Source: Octopus vulgaris
Lineage: Eukaryota
DNA length: 64,000 nt
Reading direction: 5' to 3'
NCBI GenBank assembly: GCA_951406725.2
Contig: OX597820.1
Location: forward strand, 86,800,001 to 86,864,000
In this document: in pieces, positions 12,596-23,853 of the stretch
How positions within the stretch are numbered: the first letter of the stretch is position 1
Layout: every line of letters starts with the position of its first letter
Position numbers and translations under genes: made by a program
Notes under the pieces: model-generated
Database searches by the model: none
What the model saw: only the letters and a program-made list of their open reading frames with translations
Told to the model about the DNA's origin: nothing

Positions 12596-13717
12596 CTGTA
12601 TTAGTTCATTCAATTTCCTACAAGAATATATATAATTTTGACATATGTAAAGTAATTACTTTTTTGGTGGGGCTTGTGAAAAGACCTTTATCCTTTCGTG
12701 TCGACAAAATAACTACCAGTTGAAGACTGAGGTCGATGTAATCGATTTACCCACTTCCCCGAAAATTGCTGGCTTTATGCCAAAATTTGAGACCAATATT
12801 TGTTCTGTGAGTGAAAGCCTAGACCTTCCAAACTCTTCAGTCCTGCTGTTAAGTATAGACTAACATACATAAAGTAATGGTCGAAAGAGAATGTTTAATT
12901 AATTAAGATTATATTCCCAATCAGTAAACAATCCTTAGTAATTCTTATAAAAATGAGGTTCCGCGCCTAAAGGGTTAAGGTGCCAATCAAACGCTGGAGT
13001 TTGATTCTGCCATCATGTCTGTGTGCACCACCACCCTAAAAATTGTTACCCTCTGCCTTAAAGAAGAAATCATATTTATAAGTAGCGTTTTTATTACCAA
13101 ACATAGATAATAATTACATATATAACACGTATGTATATGATACATATATAATACAAAACCACATTAAAATAAAAATTCCAAGCAGAAGAAAACACAAGAA
13201 ATAGTTCACTGACAAGTCCCGATATTTAAGGATTTTTTCGTTTGGCTACGAAAGTAGTGATCTCCACCCCATTTACCGTGGCTAATTATGGAGAAAAGAG
13301 TTGCTGTAGTTACACACTTTTTTATCTTCTTGGATTAAATGCCGCAGAGGTCAACATTTGCCTTTCACCTCTCTAAAATCGATAGACCAATAAGTTAATA
13401 TATTGGAATTGGAATGGATTAAAATATTATATAGGCCTATTCATTTTTATCCAAGGAAAACTATAAATCGAAATGTTTGTTATTTTTTTGTTTGTTTTAG
13501 TTTTTCTTTTTTTATATCCGTTATCATCTTCTTTTATCTTCTACCTGTTTCAGCTATTGGACTGCGGCCAAGCAGTAGCACTGCTTTGAAGGATTTATTT
13601 GAACAAATACTAACACACGCAGACACGCACACGCGCAAACACGCACACACATACGCACACACACACACACACGCACGCACACATGCACGCACACATGCAC
13701 ACACACATGAGTATATT

Positions 13718-13910
13718 CACGAAGGGGTGCTGAAAAGCTCCTGGCTTTGGGTAAAAGAAAATACAGGAGGATCAGTTAATTATGATTTTATGCAACATAT
13801 TCCCCTCTCAAATTCATACACTAATTGCAGCCATCTTTCTTTTTTTTTCCTAAGCCCTGTAAAAGAACTCGGAAGGTTGGACCTCCAGCCAGGCCTTTCG
13901 CAACACCCTT
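13718..13910. mobile_element. mariner-like MITE
   Basis: Imperfect inverted ends CACGAAGGGGTGCTGAAAAG / CTTTCGCAACACCCTT. Confidence 0.45.
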
Positions 13911-13933
13911 AAAATATTTATACATATATACCC

Positions 13934-14333
13934 TTTACTCTTTTACTCTTTTACTTGTTTCAGTCATTTGACTGCGGCCATGCTGCAGCACCACCTTTAG
14001 TCGAGCAACTCGATCCCGGGACTTATTCTTTGTAAGCCCAGTACTTATTCTATCGGTCTATTTTGCCGAACCGCTAAGTAACGGGGAGATAAACACACAA
14101 GCATCGGTTGTCAAGCAATGCTAGAGGGACAAACACAGACGCACATACATATATATATATACATATATACGACGGGCTTCTTTCAGTTTCCGTCTACCAA
14201 ATCCACTCACAAGGCTTTGGTCGGCCCGAGGCTATAGTAGAAGACACTTGCCCAAGGTGCCACGCAGTGGGACTGAACCCGGAACCATGTGGTTGGTAAA
14301 CAAGCTACTTACCACACAGCCACTCCTGCGCCT
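13934..14333 (-). mobile_element. Family A SINE, full length
   Basis: Minus-strand head AGGCGCAGGAGTGGCTGTGTGGTAAG...GGTTCAGTCCC, internal (TA)n, (AAAAGAGT)n tail. Confidence 0.9.
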
Positions 14334-14793
14334 ATATTTTGCCAGAGAATTTGACAAGATTAAAATCACCTGTCACAGGCTTAAATATGTTGGTATGCGG
14401 ATATCTGCTTTTCTCTCTGCCGATAGATGAAGTCTTCTGAACATCTCTTGTTTCTCGCTCTATGAAATATTTTGTATTGTTGGAATCATTTGTATTACTT
14501 TTTACTGACACGGAGCACCACGGATTTTATATTGAAGAATATTTTCATCGATTCCATTACTTGATTTAGTTATTTCATCGATCCTAGTAATTTATTGATT
14601 TTTATTAATTCTACAACAGTGAAAAGCGATGTCAGAGATTCAAAAGCAAAAGTCATTTAGTATAATACTTTCTCAACGTTTCAAAAGTTCGCTGACTTTC
14701 TTATCGTTCCATATGACACCATTCGTATGAAACTAATAATTACACCATCCCTAGCAACATCTCTTCCATTTCGTTCAATATTTGCTCTCTGAA

Positions 14794-15093
14794 AGGTGAC
14801 GAGCTGGCAGAAACGTTAGCACGCTGGGCGAAATGCGTAGCCGTATTTCGTCTGCCGTTACGTTCTGAGTTCAAACTCCGCCGAGGTCGGCTTTACCTTT
14901 CATCTTTTCGGGATAGATAAATTAAGTACCAGTTACGCACTGGGGTCGATGTAATCGACTTAATCCATTTGTCTGTCCTTGTTTGTCCTCTCTGTGTTTA
15001 GCCCCAGGTATTTCGTCTGCCGTTACGTTTTGAGTTCAAATTCCACCGAGGTCGACTTTGCCTTTCATCCTTTCGGGGTTGATAAATTAAGTA
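14794..15093 (+). mobile_element. Family B SINE with partial second body
   Basis: Near-identical to 10921-11150; the body restarts at GGTATTTCGTCTGCCG ~15007. Confidence 0.85.
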
Positions 15094-15849
15094 CACGAAA
15101 CAGTGTATTCGCTTAACACGTTAGAAATAGCAACTAATCTCCAAAATATCACCCCTACTATGCTTATAAAGGATGGAACCTATTTATACATGTTAATGAT
15201 ATCTTGCTTACGTGAGAGCAGAAACGAAAAAGGGCTGTGGATCGGCAGAATTCTGAGAACCTAACCGTATTTCTTCTTTCACTTTATTGTTTGAGATCAA
15301 ATCCTGCCGATACCAACTTTGTTTTCATTATTTTGAGCCAATGAAATATAGAACCAATCATGTGCTCCCCTTTAGAATCGCTGGCTTCATGCCTAAATCA
15401 GAAATCATTATTTCTGAAACAAGGATATCATGATCACGGTCTGAACGTCATTCAAGGTTAAAAAACACCTATTCTATCGGATTCACTTCTCTGTTGACCC
15501 TCGAGTTGTCTTCAAAATTAAAAATAAAAAGCAGAAAAATGTGATCATGTGAACACATTTTTATATTTCTCACCACCAAAAGTCTATTTTAACACCGTTT
15601 GTATTCACCGTGCATTTAACGATATAAATATTTATCTAGCCGCCCATCTGCCCATTGTGGTAGAACCTGCGAAGATCATGGGCGTTGTCCCCTCTACATT
15701 AGATTAATGTATATCGAAAGTTATAATTATGGTCTCATAAGTTATTTATAAAAATGTGAAGAAGGCTGAAATCAGCAAGAAAGAAAAACAGGTCAAAACT
15801 GTTTAATTTTAAAATCGTTAAATCTATATCACTTCTTTCTTTTAAGCAA

Positions 15850-16150
15850 TCAGAGATACAAGTGCCCAGCCCTTCCTCTTGTTCCAACGTTTTTCAGCTA
15901 GCAACATAAGAATCGATGATCAGCTTGGTCAAATGCTTTGACGAAATCAAGGTATACGCAATCAACTCTTGCTCCAAATAGAACAATCTTCGGAATTTGA
16001 TTTTACAGCTGTGGAAATATTCTATAAGTGTTGGGAACTTAGGATGATATGTGACTGGCCCTCTTTCCACAGCAGGTTAAATTACTTCAAAGAAATGGTG
16101 ATGATTGTTAAAATCAACCAAAAACATCAAAGAACTAAGCATTCGTTTAA
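15850..16150 (-). mobile_element. Decayed LINE reverse-transcriptase fragment (CR1/L2-like)
   Basis: Minus strand ~15957-15928 encodes VYLDFVKAFD, the RT motif (I/V)YLDFxKAFD; the surrounding frame is broken. Confidence 0.5.
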
Positions 16151-16194
16151 TTCGTTTTAATTTAAAGTAAATATATGGCATGAAATATCCGAGT

Positions 16195-16268
16195 AGCTCC
16201 ATAGCTCAGTTGGTTAGCGCGCCACTCTAGTAAACTGGACGTTGGCAGTTCGACTCTCTATAGAGCCT
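16195..16268 (+). pseudogene. Degenerate tRNA-Thr(AGT)
   Basis: 74 nt AGCTCCATAGCTCAGTTGGTTAGCGCGCCACTCT-AGT-AAACTGG...GTTCGACTC...GAGCCT; A and B boxes kept, mismatches in the acceptor, anticodon and T stems. Confidence 0.75.
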
Positions 16269-16603
16269 TAGTTATCAAGTCGATTTTACTGGGGTTTTTT
16301 TTTTTTTTTGCTAAAAGTAATGAATTGATAGACCGTGATTTGGTGGGAACAAGGACAGCTTGGTGAATAGGGATAAAAAAGAAAATTAAAATGCTGATGT
16401 CAGTATAGTAAGAGCTCTAGTCTACTGATTGATTTCATGCCCTTGGATGATAGATAATTTATTGGTGGTAACAGGCATCGGCTCCTTGAGAGTCAAAAAT
16501 GGTCATCAGAGAATTTCTACGACTTGATTAGTTCCAATATCTGGCCTCTTAATTAAGAGCCCCCATTATGTTGCTAGGAAGTTTGGCTATTCCAAAACTC
16601 CAA

Positions 16604-16985
16604 AGGTGATGAGTTGACAGAATTGTTAGCACGCTGGGCGAAATGCGTAGCCGTATTTCGTCTGGCGTTACGTTCTGAGTTCAAATTCTGCCGAGGTCGA
16701 CTTTACCTTTCATCCTTTCGGGGTCGATAAATTAAGTACCAGTTGCGTACTGGGGTCGATGTAATCGACTGTCCCTCTCCCCAAAAGTTTCGGGCCTTGT
16801 GCCTAGAGCAGAAAAGAATCATTAGCACGCCAAACAAAATGCTAGGCAGCGTATCTTCTGGCTTTACGCTTTCAGTTCAAATTCCACGTGATCGACTTTG
16901 CCTTTCATCCTTTTGAAATTGTCAAATAAGTACCAGTCGAGTACTGCTGTCCCAAAATTTCAGGATTTGCGCTTGTTATAAAAAG
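16604..16985 (+). mobile_element. Family B SINE plus tandem partial copy
   Basis: AGGTGATGAGTTGACAGAATTGTTAGCACG head; second AGAATCATTAGCACG at ~16815. Confidence 0.75.
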
Positions 16986-17020
16986 GACTGTTATACTCCA
17001 CAAGTATGTCTTCAGTTATA

Positions 17021-17185
<165 letters not shown>

Positions 17186-17440
17186 AAATTCTTATCTAAG
17201 TACTGAATGGAATCAACCAAATATCATTTGCGGTTGCATGTATTTGAATTCCATCAAACACTCAAGGCCTCAAATTTGTGGAAAGGATTTAGTCGATTAA
17301 AATTGACCCCAGTATATGTGACTGATACTTTATTGTTTAACTTCAAAGGGATGAAAGACAAAACTGAACTTTGCGAGATTTCACAAAACCTTATATCCGA
17401 TGTGCTCATACCCCTCTCAAACTGCTGCAGTCACATAGAT

Positions 17441-17709
17441 CAATGGTCCCAAATCTTTATTCGCACCGCATACCGGTTTCATGCAAGACAATTTTTTTAC
17501 GGGCCAGGAGCTCACCTGTATAACAAAACATAATAAAGCGCATAATATATAATTTAATTATTACATGTTAACACATTTATATGATATATATGATACACGC
17601 ATAATACAAAAACATCCAACAGACTGTGATAATCAAAAAAACTTTTAATCTGTTCTTTCTCTGTGACCCGGTACTAAATGATCCACGGCTCGGTGGCTGG
17701 GGATACCTA
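17441..17709. mobile_element. hAT-like MITE
   Basis: Imperfect ends CAATGGTCCCAAA / GGCTGGGGATACCT resembling Charlie/Buster termini. Confidence 0.4.
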
Positions 17710-17970
17710 AGACAGGGGACAAAAAGTTATTCATAGATGCTACACCAAAATATTCTAGGTTGCTTAGCCACAAGAAATGAAGTGGTGAATGATATTAAAT
17801 ATATGTTTATAATATTTTATTTGTCGGCTAAATGATTATAGCATTGGACTCGTTCCTGCGTTTTGACACATAGATATCGCAATTCGATCATACTCGAAAA
17901 CCCAAGTGTTATCCAATGAACTGCTGCTGTTCATGTGATAGCTCAGTAACTCGTCTAGACTTTCCATAAA

Positions 17971-18291
17971 GACTCCGCCGGTTACGACGACGAGGGTCCC
18001 AGATGATACGATCAATGGAACAGCTTGCTCGTGAAATTAACGTGCAAATGGCTGAGCATTCCACAGACACGTGTACCCTTAACGTAGTTCTCGGGGATAA
18101 TCAGCGTGACACAGAGAGTGACAAGGCTGACCCTTTGAAATACAAGTACAACTCATTTTTGCCAGCTGAGTGGACTGGAGCAACGTGAAATAAAGTGTCT
18201 TGCTCAAGGGCACAACGCGTCGCCGGGAATCGAACTCACAACCTTACGATCATGAGCCGAATGCCCTAACCACTAAGCCACGCGCCCTCAC
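17971..18291 (-). mobile_element. Family C SINE with 14-bp TSD
   Basis: TSD AGACTTTCCATAAA at 17957-17970 and 18292-18305; minus-strand head GTGAGGGCGCGTGGCTTAGTGGTTAGG...GTTCGATTCCC. Confidence 0.9.
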
Positions 18292-18724
18292 AGACTTTCC
18301 ATAAACACTGCCTATAAATACAGTCAAATTTGCCGCCAACTTTGTAAAGTGTCGCAAACGTTTCCTACTCTCGCCATATTCAGAGTATCTCGAGTCGAGT
18401 TGGCGTACACTCTCCTAAGAAGTGTTTTCACAGCTTATATCCGATGTGCTCATACCCCTCTCAAACTGCTGCAGTAATGATGGAAGAAGACACACCACGG
18501 CACCTGAATATGTATTTGATATGTAAAAATTATCGCAAATGTTCAGTTTCTAATAAAGTAGTGTCATATTAGGCTGTTTCATTTGAATGTTTGAAGTAAT
18601 TGTATTGCATGAGTATCTTTTCTATTAATTTCCTTTGTTACATGATCATACAAGACAGAGTTAACCGTGATATGATGCAAAAAGAGAATATACTAGCCTT
18701 CATGTTTCACGGCATGTTGCGCTA

Positions 18725-18948
18725 CTCTTTTATTTGTTTCAGTCATTTGACTGCGGCCATGCTAGAGCACCGCCTTTAGTTGAACAAATCAACAAGACTC
18801 ATTCTTTGTAAGACTAGTATTTATTTCTATGGGTCACTTTTGCCGAACCGCTAAGTTACGGAAACATAAACACACCAGCATCGCTGTTAAGCGACGGTGG
18901 GGGACAAACACGCACACACAACCCCCCCCACACACACACATACATACA

Positions 18949-18982
<34 letters not shown>

Positions 18983-18987
18983 CATAT

Positions 18988-19047
<60 letters not shown>

Positions 19048-19199
19048 GACAGGTTGCTTTCAATTTCCGTCTACCAAATCCATTCACTAGGTTTTGGTCG
19101 GCCCGAGCCTATAGTAGAAAACATTTGCCCAAGATGCCACGCAGTGGAACTGAACCCGGAACCGTGTGGTTAGTAAGCAAGCTACTTACCACACAGCCA
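18725..19199 (-). mobile_element. Family A SINE with expanded internal microsatellite
   Basis: Collinear with 13934-14333. Confidence 0.85.
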
Positions 19200-19678
19200 G
19201 TAATATTTTTTTCTATTCCAGTATATTACTGTGACTTCTTTAATCGTCTCTTGAACAAAGATAAAAGTGGTGACACGAATAGACGAGTAGAATGAAACAA
19301 AAATGCTGTACAGTTATCCGTTGGAGTTATTGTTATTTAGCCGAGGTTAGACCAGACAATAAAACATTTGATCACAAGAATTGCAGCTATGACCCTTCCA
19401 GGTCTTTGTCTTGTATGATTTCAGTTTCCGTCGACTAAACCCACTGATAAGGCTTAAAGCGATCCAGAAGATGACATTTACCCGAGGTTCCACGCAGTAG
19501 GACTCAACCCAAAACCACATGATTTGATAAAACATTTTTTAACTACACACAGACACACACACAACGTGTATATAGTTTGCTGTTCCGTTGTAGGTAGTAG
19601 CAACCAAAATATTACTCGATCTAATGAGAGATGTTACTTAATATACACTATTTAAATGAGAGCTCTCATTTAAACACT

Positions 19679-19751
<73 letters not shown>

Positions 19752-20599
19752 TATATATATCGTAATAGCGCTGTTTTCAGTTATAACAGCGTTAAAAATA
19801 AACGGTAATACGAACCAATAACCAAAGAGTGAGTTACTTCCCTTGTTTATTTAAGAGTTGCTTCCCCTACATAAATTATTGGTATTTTTACTGTGAAGTC
19901 GCATTATCCTGACAATAACGATTTTGAAAGAAAGGAAAAAAGCGGTTGATACTCCCTTTGAAGGGGACTTGATTCACATACATGCCGCTTCTGCGTGTCT
20001 CTGTTACATATTACACTACATATTTAATACACCCCTATTTCAGTGGTGCATATTTAGGGAGGGGGAAAGGGTTTTAGCACATTAAAGTGTGTAGTATAAA
20101 CTTAATTTTGCTAACAGGATGCTAAAGAAGAGATCTGAGGAAGATATGGTTGCTATATCTAGCTGGTCAAGCAACCACATAGAAGTTCATTTATTGGCTC
20201 ATACTATCCTAGCATATGTGCTACAGGTGACCAAAATAACATAGGAATATTTCTCCATATGACAATTGATAAATATCCCCAATATCAAGTGCAATGATAC
20301 TTATTGAGATACTGAGCAATTTTCAGTGTCTTCTGGTTGAAAGTCAGTGAAATATCTACATCCGGAAATGAATTCAGAAACTGAAACTGGCATTCTGAAG
20401 TTATAGTCATTCATTCTGGGAGTATTTTCATTACTAGTACTGCAATGCATCACTGGCAAATAAGAAAAAAAATGTAGTAGCTTTCAACAGCCAAAACCAC
20501 CAGTCTGTAAATAGGAACCCCACAAGGGTAAATTTAACCATCATCTAACAAGCTTGCTGTCAGCTACAGATCTAATAAGCATTGCTGTCTTAAAGCATA

Positions 20600-21245
20600 G
20601 TAACAGAAAGAGAATAAGCCTAGATGGAATGTAGTTTTCAATTATACCAGGATAAGGTACCACTGATGCCTACTTCTTAAGAAAACAACGAGGAAAGTAC
20701 TTAGCTAAGAGTAAACCATTATACCCAACATTTGTTGATCTGGAGGCCTTTCACAGGGTTCTATGCTTTATAGTTTCATAGTTATTAAGAAAAGTGGAGA
20801 TGAATGATTTGTGAGAGGTGAGCAAGTCATGTACAGAGATGATGACAGTAAAATGAAATTCAGACAGTGAGTAAATTAAGGAACTTAGTATGCAGGTAGG
20901 TGTCTATTGGGGCTTGGTTCTCAGGCCTTAGTGTTTGTTGCAGTTTAACAGGTTGTAAGAAAGGTGCTTAAAACCAGTTGACCATGGAACTCCTGTATGC
21001 CAATGGCCTTGTTCTTACACAACAATCAGTCAAAGATTTAGAGAAGAAACTGCAAATATGGAAGTAAAACCTAGAATGAAGAGATCTGCAAGTAGGTCTG
21101 AAAAAGATAAAAGTTTTAATCAGCAAAACAGAAATCAGGCCTCTGCTGTCATTCAGAAAAGAAGCAGATAGGAATTGCACATGGTGTTCCCAATGCAAAC
21201 TGCATTGCACAAGAGGTGTAATAATAAGACCTTAGGTAAGCTGAG
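20600..21245 (+). mobile_element. Decayed RTE-like LINE RT fragment
   Basis: Remnants such as KYLAKSKPLYPTFVDLE(K)AF and PWxLLYA(D/N), broken by stops and frameshifts. Confidence 0.5.
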
Positions 21246-21559
21246 AAAAAAGGACATAGAGAGAGAGAGAGAGAGAGTAATAGGAATAGAACTTAACATT
21301 GTCCACCTCAAGTACTGTCTATATATTCATAATTATCAACAGAGGAGTCTAGTGTAATCCATAGGCAGGAGAGGTGCAGCTGAAGTGTAGGAAGTCCAGT
21401 AGAAGTTTGTGGGTGATGAGAGGAGACAGGTAGAATCCATAGAAGTGTAGAATCAGTGAAAGTTCGTGGGTGATGAGAGGAGACAGGATCAACTGGTGTG
21501 ACCACATGAGCCCTCTTCTCCTAGCTCTCCTATGTGACCCTTCTGTCCAGCATTCGCCA

Positions 21560-21735
21560 TGATAGATCATTCTTTATTTTCTCTCCTTGTTTCTCTTTGT
21601 GTTCCTTTCTGTGGAAGAGCGTAGGCTCAAAATGTTAAAGACTTTTTCACTTCCCGAGCGTTAAACTAAAACATCTGTTTGTTGTCTACACCACCTGTCT
21701 TTGTCTTTTGTTTTTTTTTGTGAATTCACCCCCTG
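21560..21735 (+). mobile_element. Penelope-like terminal fragment with degenerate hammerhead
   Basis: CTTT CTGTGGA A GAGC-GTAG-GCTC AAAA TGTT AAAG at 21605-21640; stems intact, catalytic core altered. Confidence 0.45.
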
Positions 21736-22145
21736 TATATATAATTATATATATAAGGCTTGGCTTCATGCTCTTGCTTGATGAGGCTGGGGTCATTCCA
21801 AGTTAGTAGTCCCAGAGATATCATCATGCATAGAACCAACCAGGTCCACCAGTACTTTCCATCACTGGTGGTCCTGCATCCTCCAAGGTGATGTCAAGCA
21901 TCTGGAGATCTTCCCCAATTGTGTCCAGCCATCTGGTATGGGGCCTGCCACAAGGCCTCTTCCAGCCCACAGTTGCTAGAATGAATGAAACTAAAGCCCT
22001 GGTAATGATGCTTGGTTACCAATGTCATGGTGGTTGCTTGTTGGTATGTGTTGTATTGTAGAAGACCATCATTGTGTGGTCTAGCTGGCTGCATGTATAA
22101 TAAATGAAGCAACTCACAAAATTTTAACTTTTAACATATTTATTG

Positions 22146-22543
22146 CTGGAGTGGCTGTGTGGTAAGTAGCTTGCTTACCAGCCACATGGTTCCAGGTTCA
22201 GTCCCACTGCATGGCACCTTAGGCAAGTGTCTTCTACTATAGCCGACCAAAGCCTTGTGAGTGGATTTGGCAAACAGAAACTGAAAGAGGCCCGTCGTTT
22301 ATATGTATATACATATATATGTAAGTGTGTGTGTGTGTATATGTGTCTGTGTTTGTTCCCCCCAACATCGCTTGACAACTGATGTTGGTAAGTTTACATC
22401 CCCATAACTTAGCAGTTCAGCAAAAGAGACCAATAGAATAAGTACTAGGCTTACAAAGAATAAGTCCTGGAGTCGATTTGCTTGATTAAAAGTGGTGCTC
22501 CAGTATGGCTAGTGTCAAATGACTGAAACAAGTAAAAGAGTAA
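22146..22543 (+). mobile_element. Family A SINE
   Basis: Reverse-complement homolog of 13934-14333. Confidence 0.88.
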
Positions 22544-22625
22544 GGACATGAAAAATGCTGGTAATATAACTGCTAACTGGGAGACAAGAATCATGCAGTC
22601 TCTGCAGAAAGTTTGCTATGGTACA

Positions 22626-23023
22626 TCTTTATATATATAAAAGTAAGGTTGTGTGCTGTCTGTCTCCTACGATTCAGATTCCTAACTACTCCCACATTTT
22701 GCGGTGCAGTTTAACCAAAACCGGATGTCTTATAGTCGTGATTCATATCAAGCCCTTCTGGATATTAGCGCGCGTCTACGATGAGTCTACGATTTAAAAA
22801 AAATTTACCATCAATTTTTCCCATTTTAATGCATTTTTGGCATATATAAGGGAAGTAACTCTCTAAAAATATATTAAATCTCAGAACGTAAAAAGCTACA
22901 GTAACATTCCCCCCCCCCTTTGTGGTTAGCCATATTGAGATGGCTATTATACTTTACATCTCTAAAAATGCTTATATAGTTATTTCCCTTACAAACCCGA
23001 GCAACGCCGGGCGATACTGCTAG
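22626..23023 (+). mobile_element. Non-autonomous Helitron
   Basis: A|TC 5' end, subterminal hairpin CCCGAGCAACGCCGGG at 22996-23011, CTAG|T 3' end, no TSD; homologous to 40552-41037. Confidence 0.85.
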
Positions 23024-23145
23024 TTGTATCTAAAATTGTTTCTTGCTCAAGGTGATCTGTCTGAGTGCCTAAGGTGATCAGCTTAAGTGTCTGAAATTGT
23101 CTGGTCTTAGCAGCCTGCTAAGGCCATCTGGTTGAAATATATATA

Positions 23146-23361
23146 CTCTTTTACTCTTTTACTTGTTTCAGTCATTTGACTGTGACCATACTGGAGCACC
23201 ACCTTTAGTCGAGCAAATCTTCGACTTATTCATTGTAAGCCTAGTACTTATTCTATCGGTCTCTTTTGCCGAACCACTAAGTTACGGGGACGTAAACTCA
23301 CCAGCATCGGTTGTCAAGAGATGTTGGGAAGACAGACACACAAACATATACACACACATAC

Positions 23362-23412
<51 letters not shown>

Positions 23413-23653
23413 TTATATAGATTATTTATATCTTAAAAATATTGATTATATTTTAGGTTTTGAAACCACCTGAAGAATGTCTCATAGAAGTGCTGACACG
23501 AAACGATCGTAAAGAAAAATGTCTCATAGAAGTGCTGACACAAAACGATTGTAGTGGTTATTTTAATTATATTTAATTTATATAAAAATTTTTATGTATT
23601 GGCTTAAGTCTTTCTTTGTTTGATTTGCATAATAGTAGTTTTGTCTCTAATTA

Positions 23654-23699
<46 letters not shown>

Positions 23700-23853
23700 T
23701 CTTTCAGTTTCTGTCTACCAAATCCACTCACAAGGCTTTGGTCGGCCCGAGGCTATAGTAGAAGACACTTGCCCAAGGTGCCACGCAGTGGGACTGAACC
23801 CAGAACCATGTGGTTCGTAAGCAAGCTACTTACCACACAGCCACTCCTGCACC
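23146..23853 (-). mobile_element. Family A SINE with a Penelope-like insertion in its (TA)n tract
   Basis: SINE halves at 23146-23360 and 23695-23853 flank a ~250-bp AT-rich insert bounded by (TA)n. Confidence 0.8.
23464..23559 (+). ncRNA. Type I hammerhead ribozyme motif with internal duplication
   Basis: AACCAC CTGAAGA A TGTC..GACA C GAAA CGATCG TA; the stem II/III block is duplicated; closing GTGGTT at 23554-23559. Confidence 0.55.

Noticed and set aside
14108-14430. Recurring peptides such as SVSVYQIHSQGFGRPEAIVEDTCPRC resembling a gene family
   Set aside because: Chance translations of the family A SINE repeated across the window.
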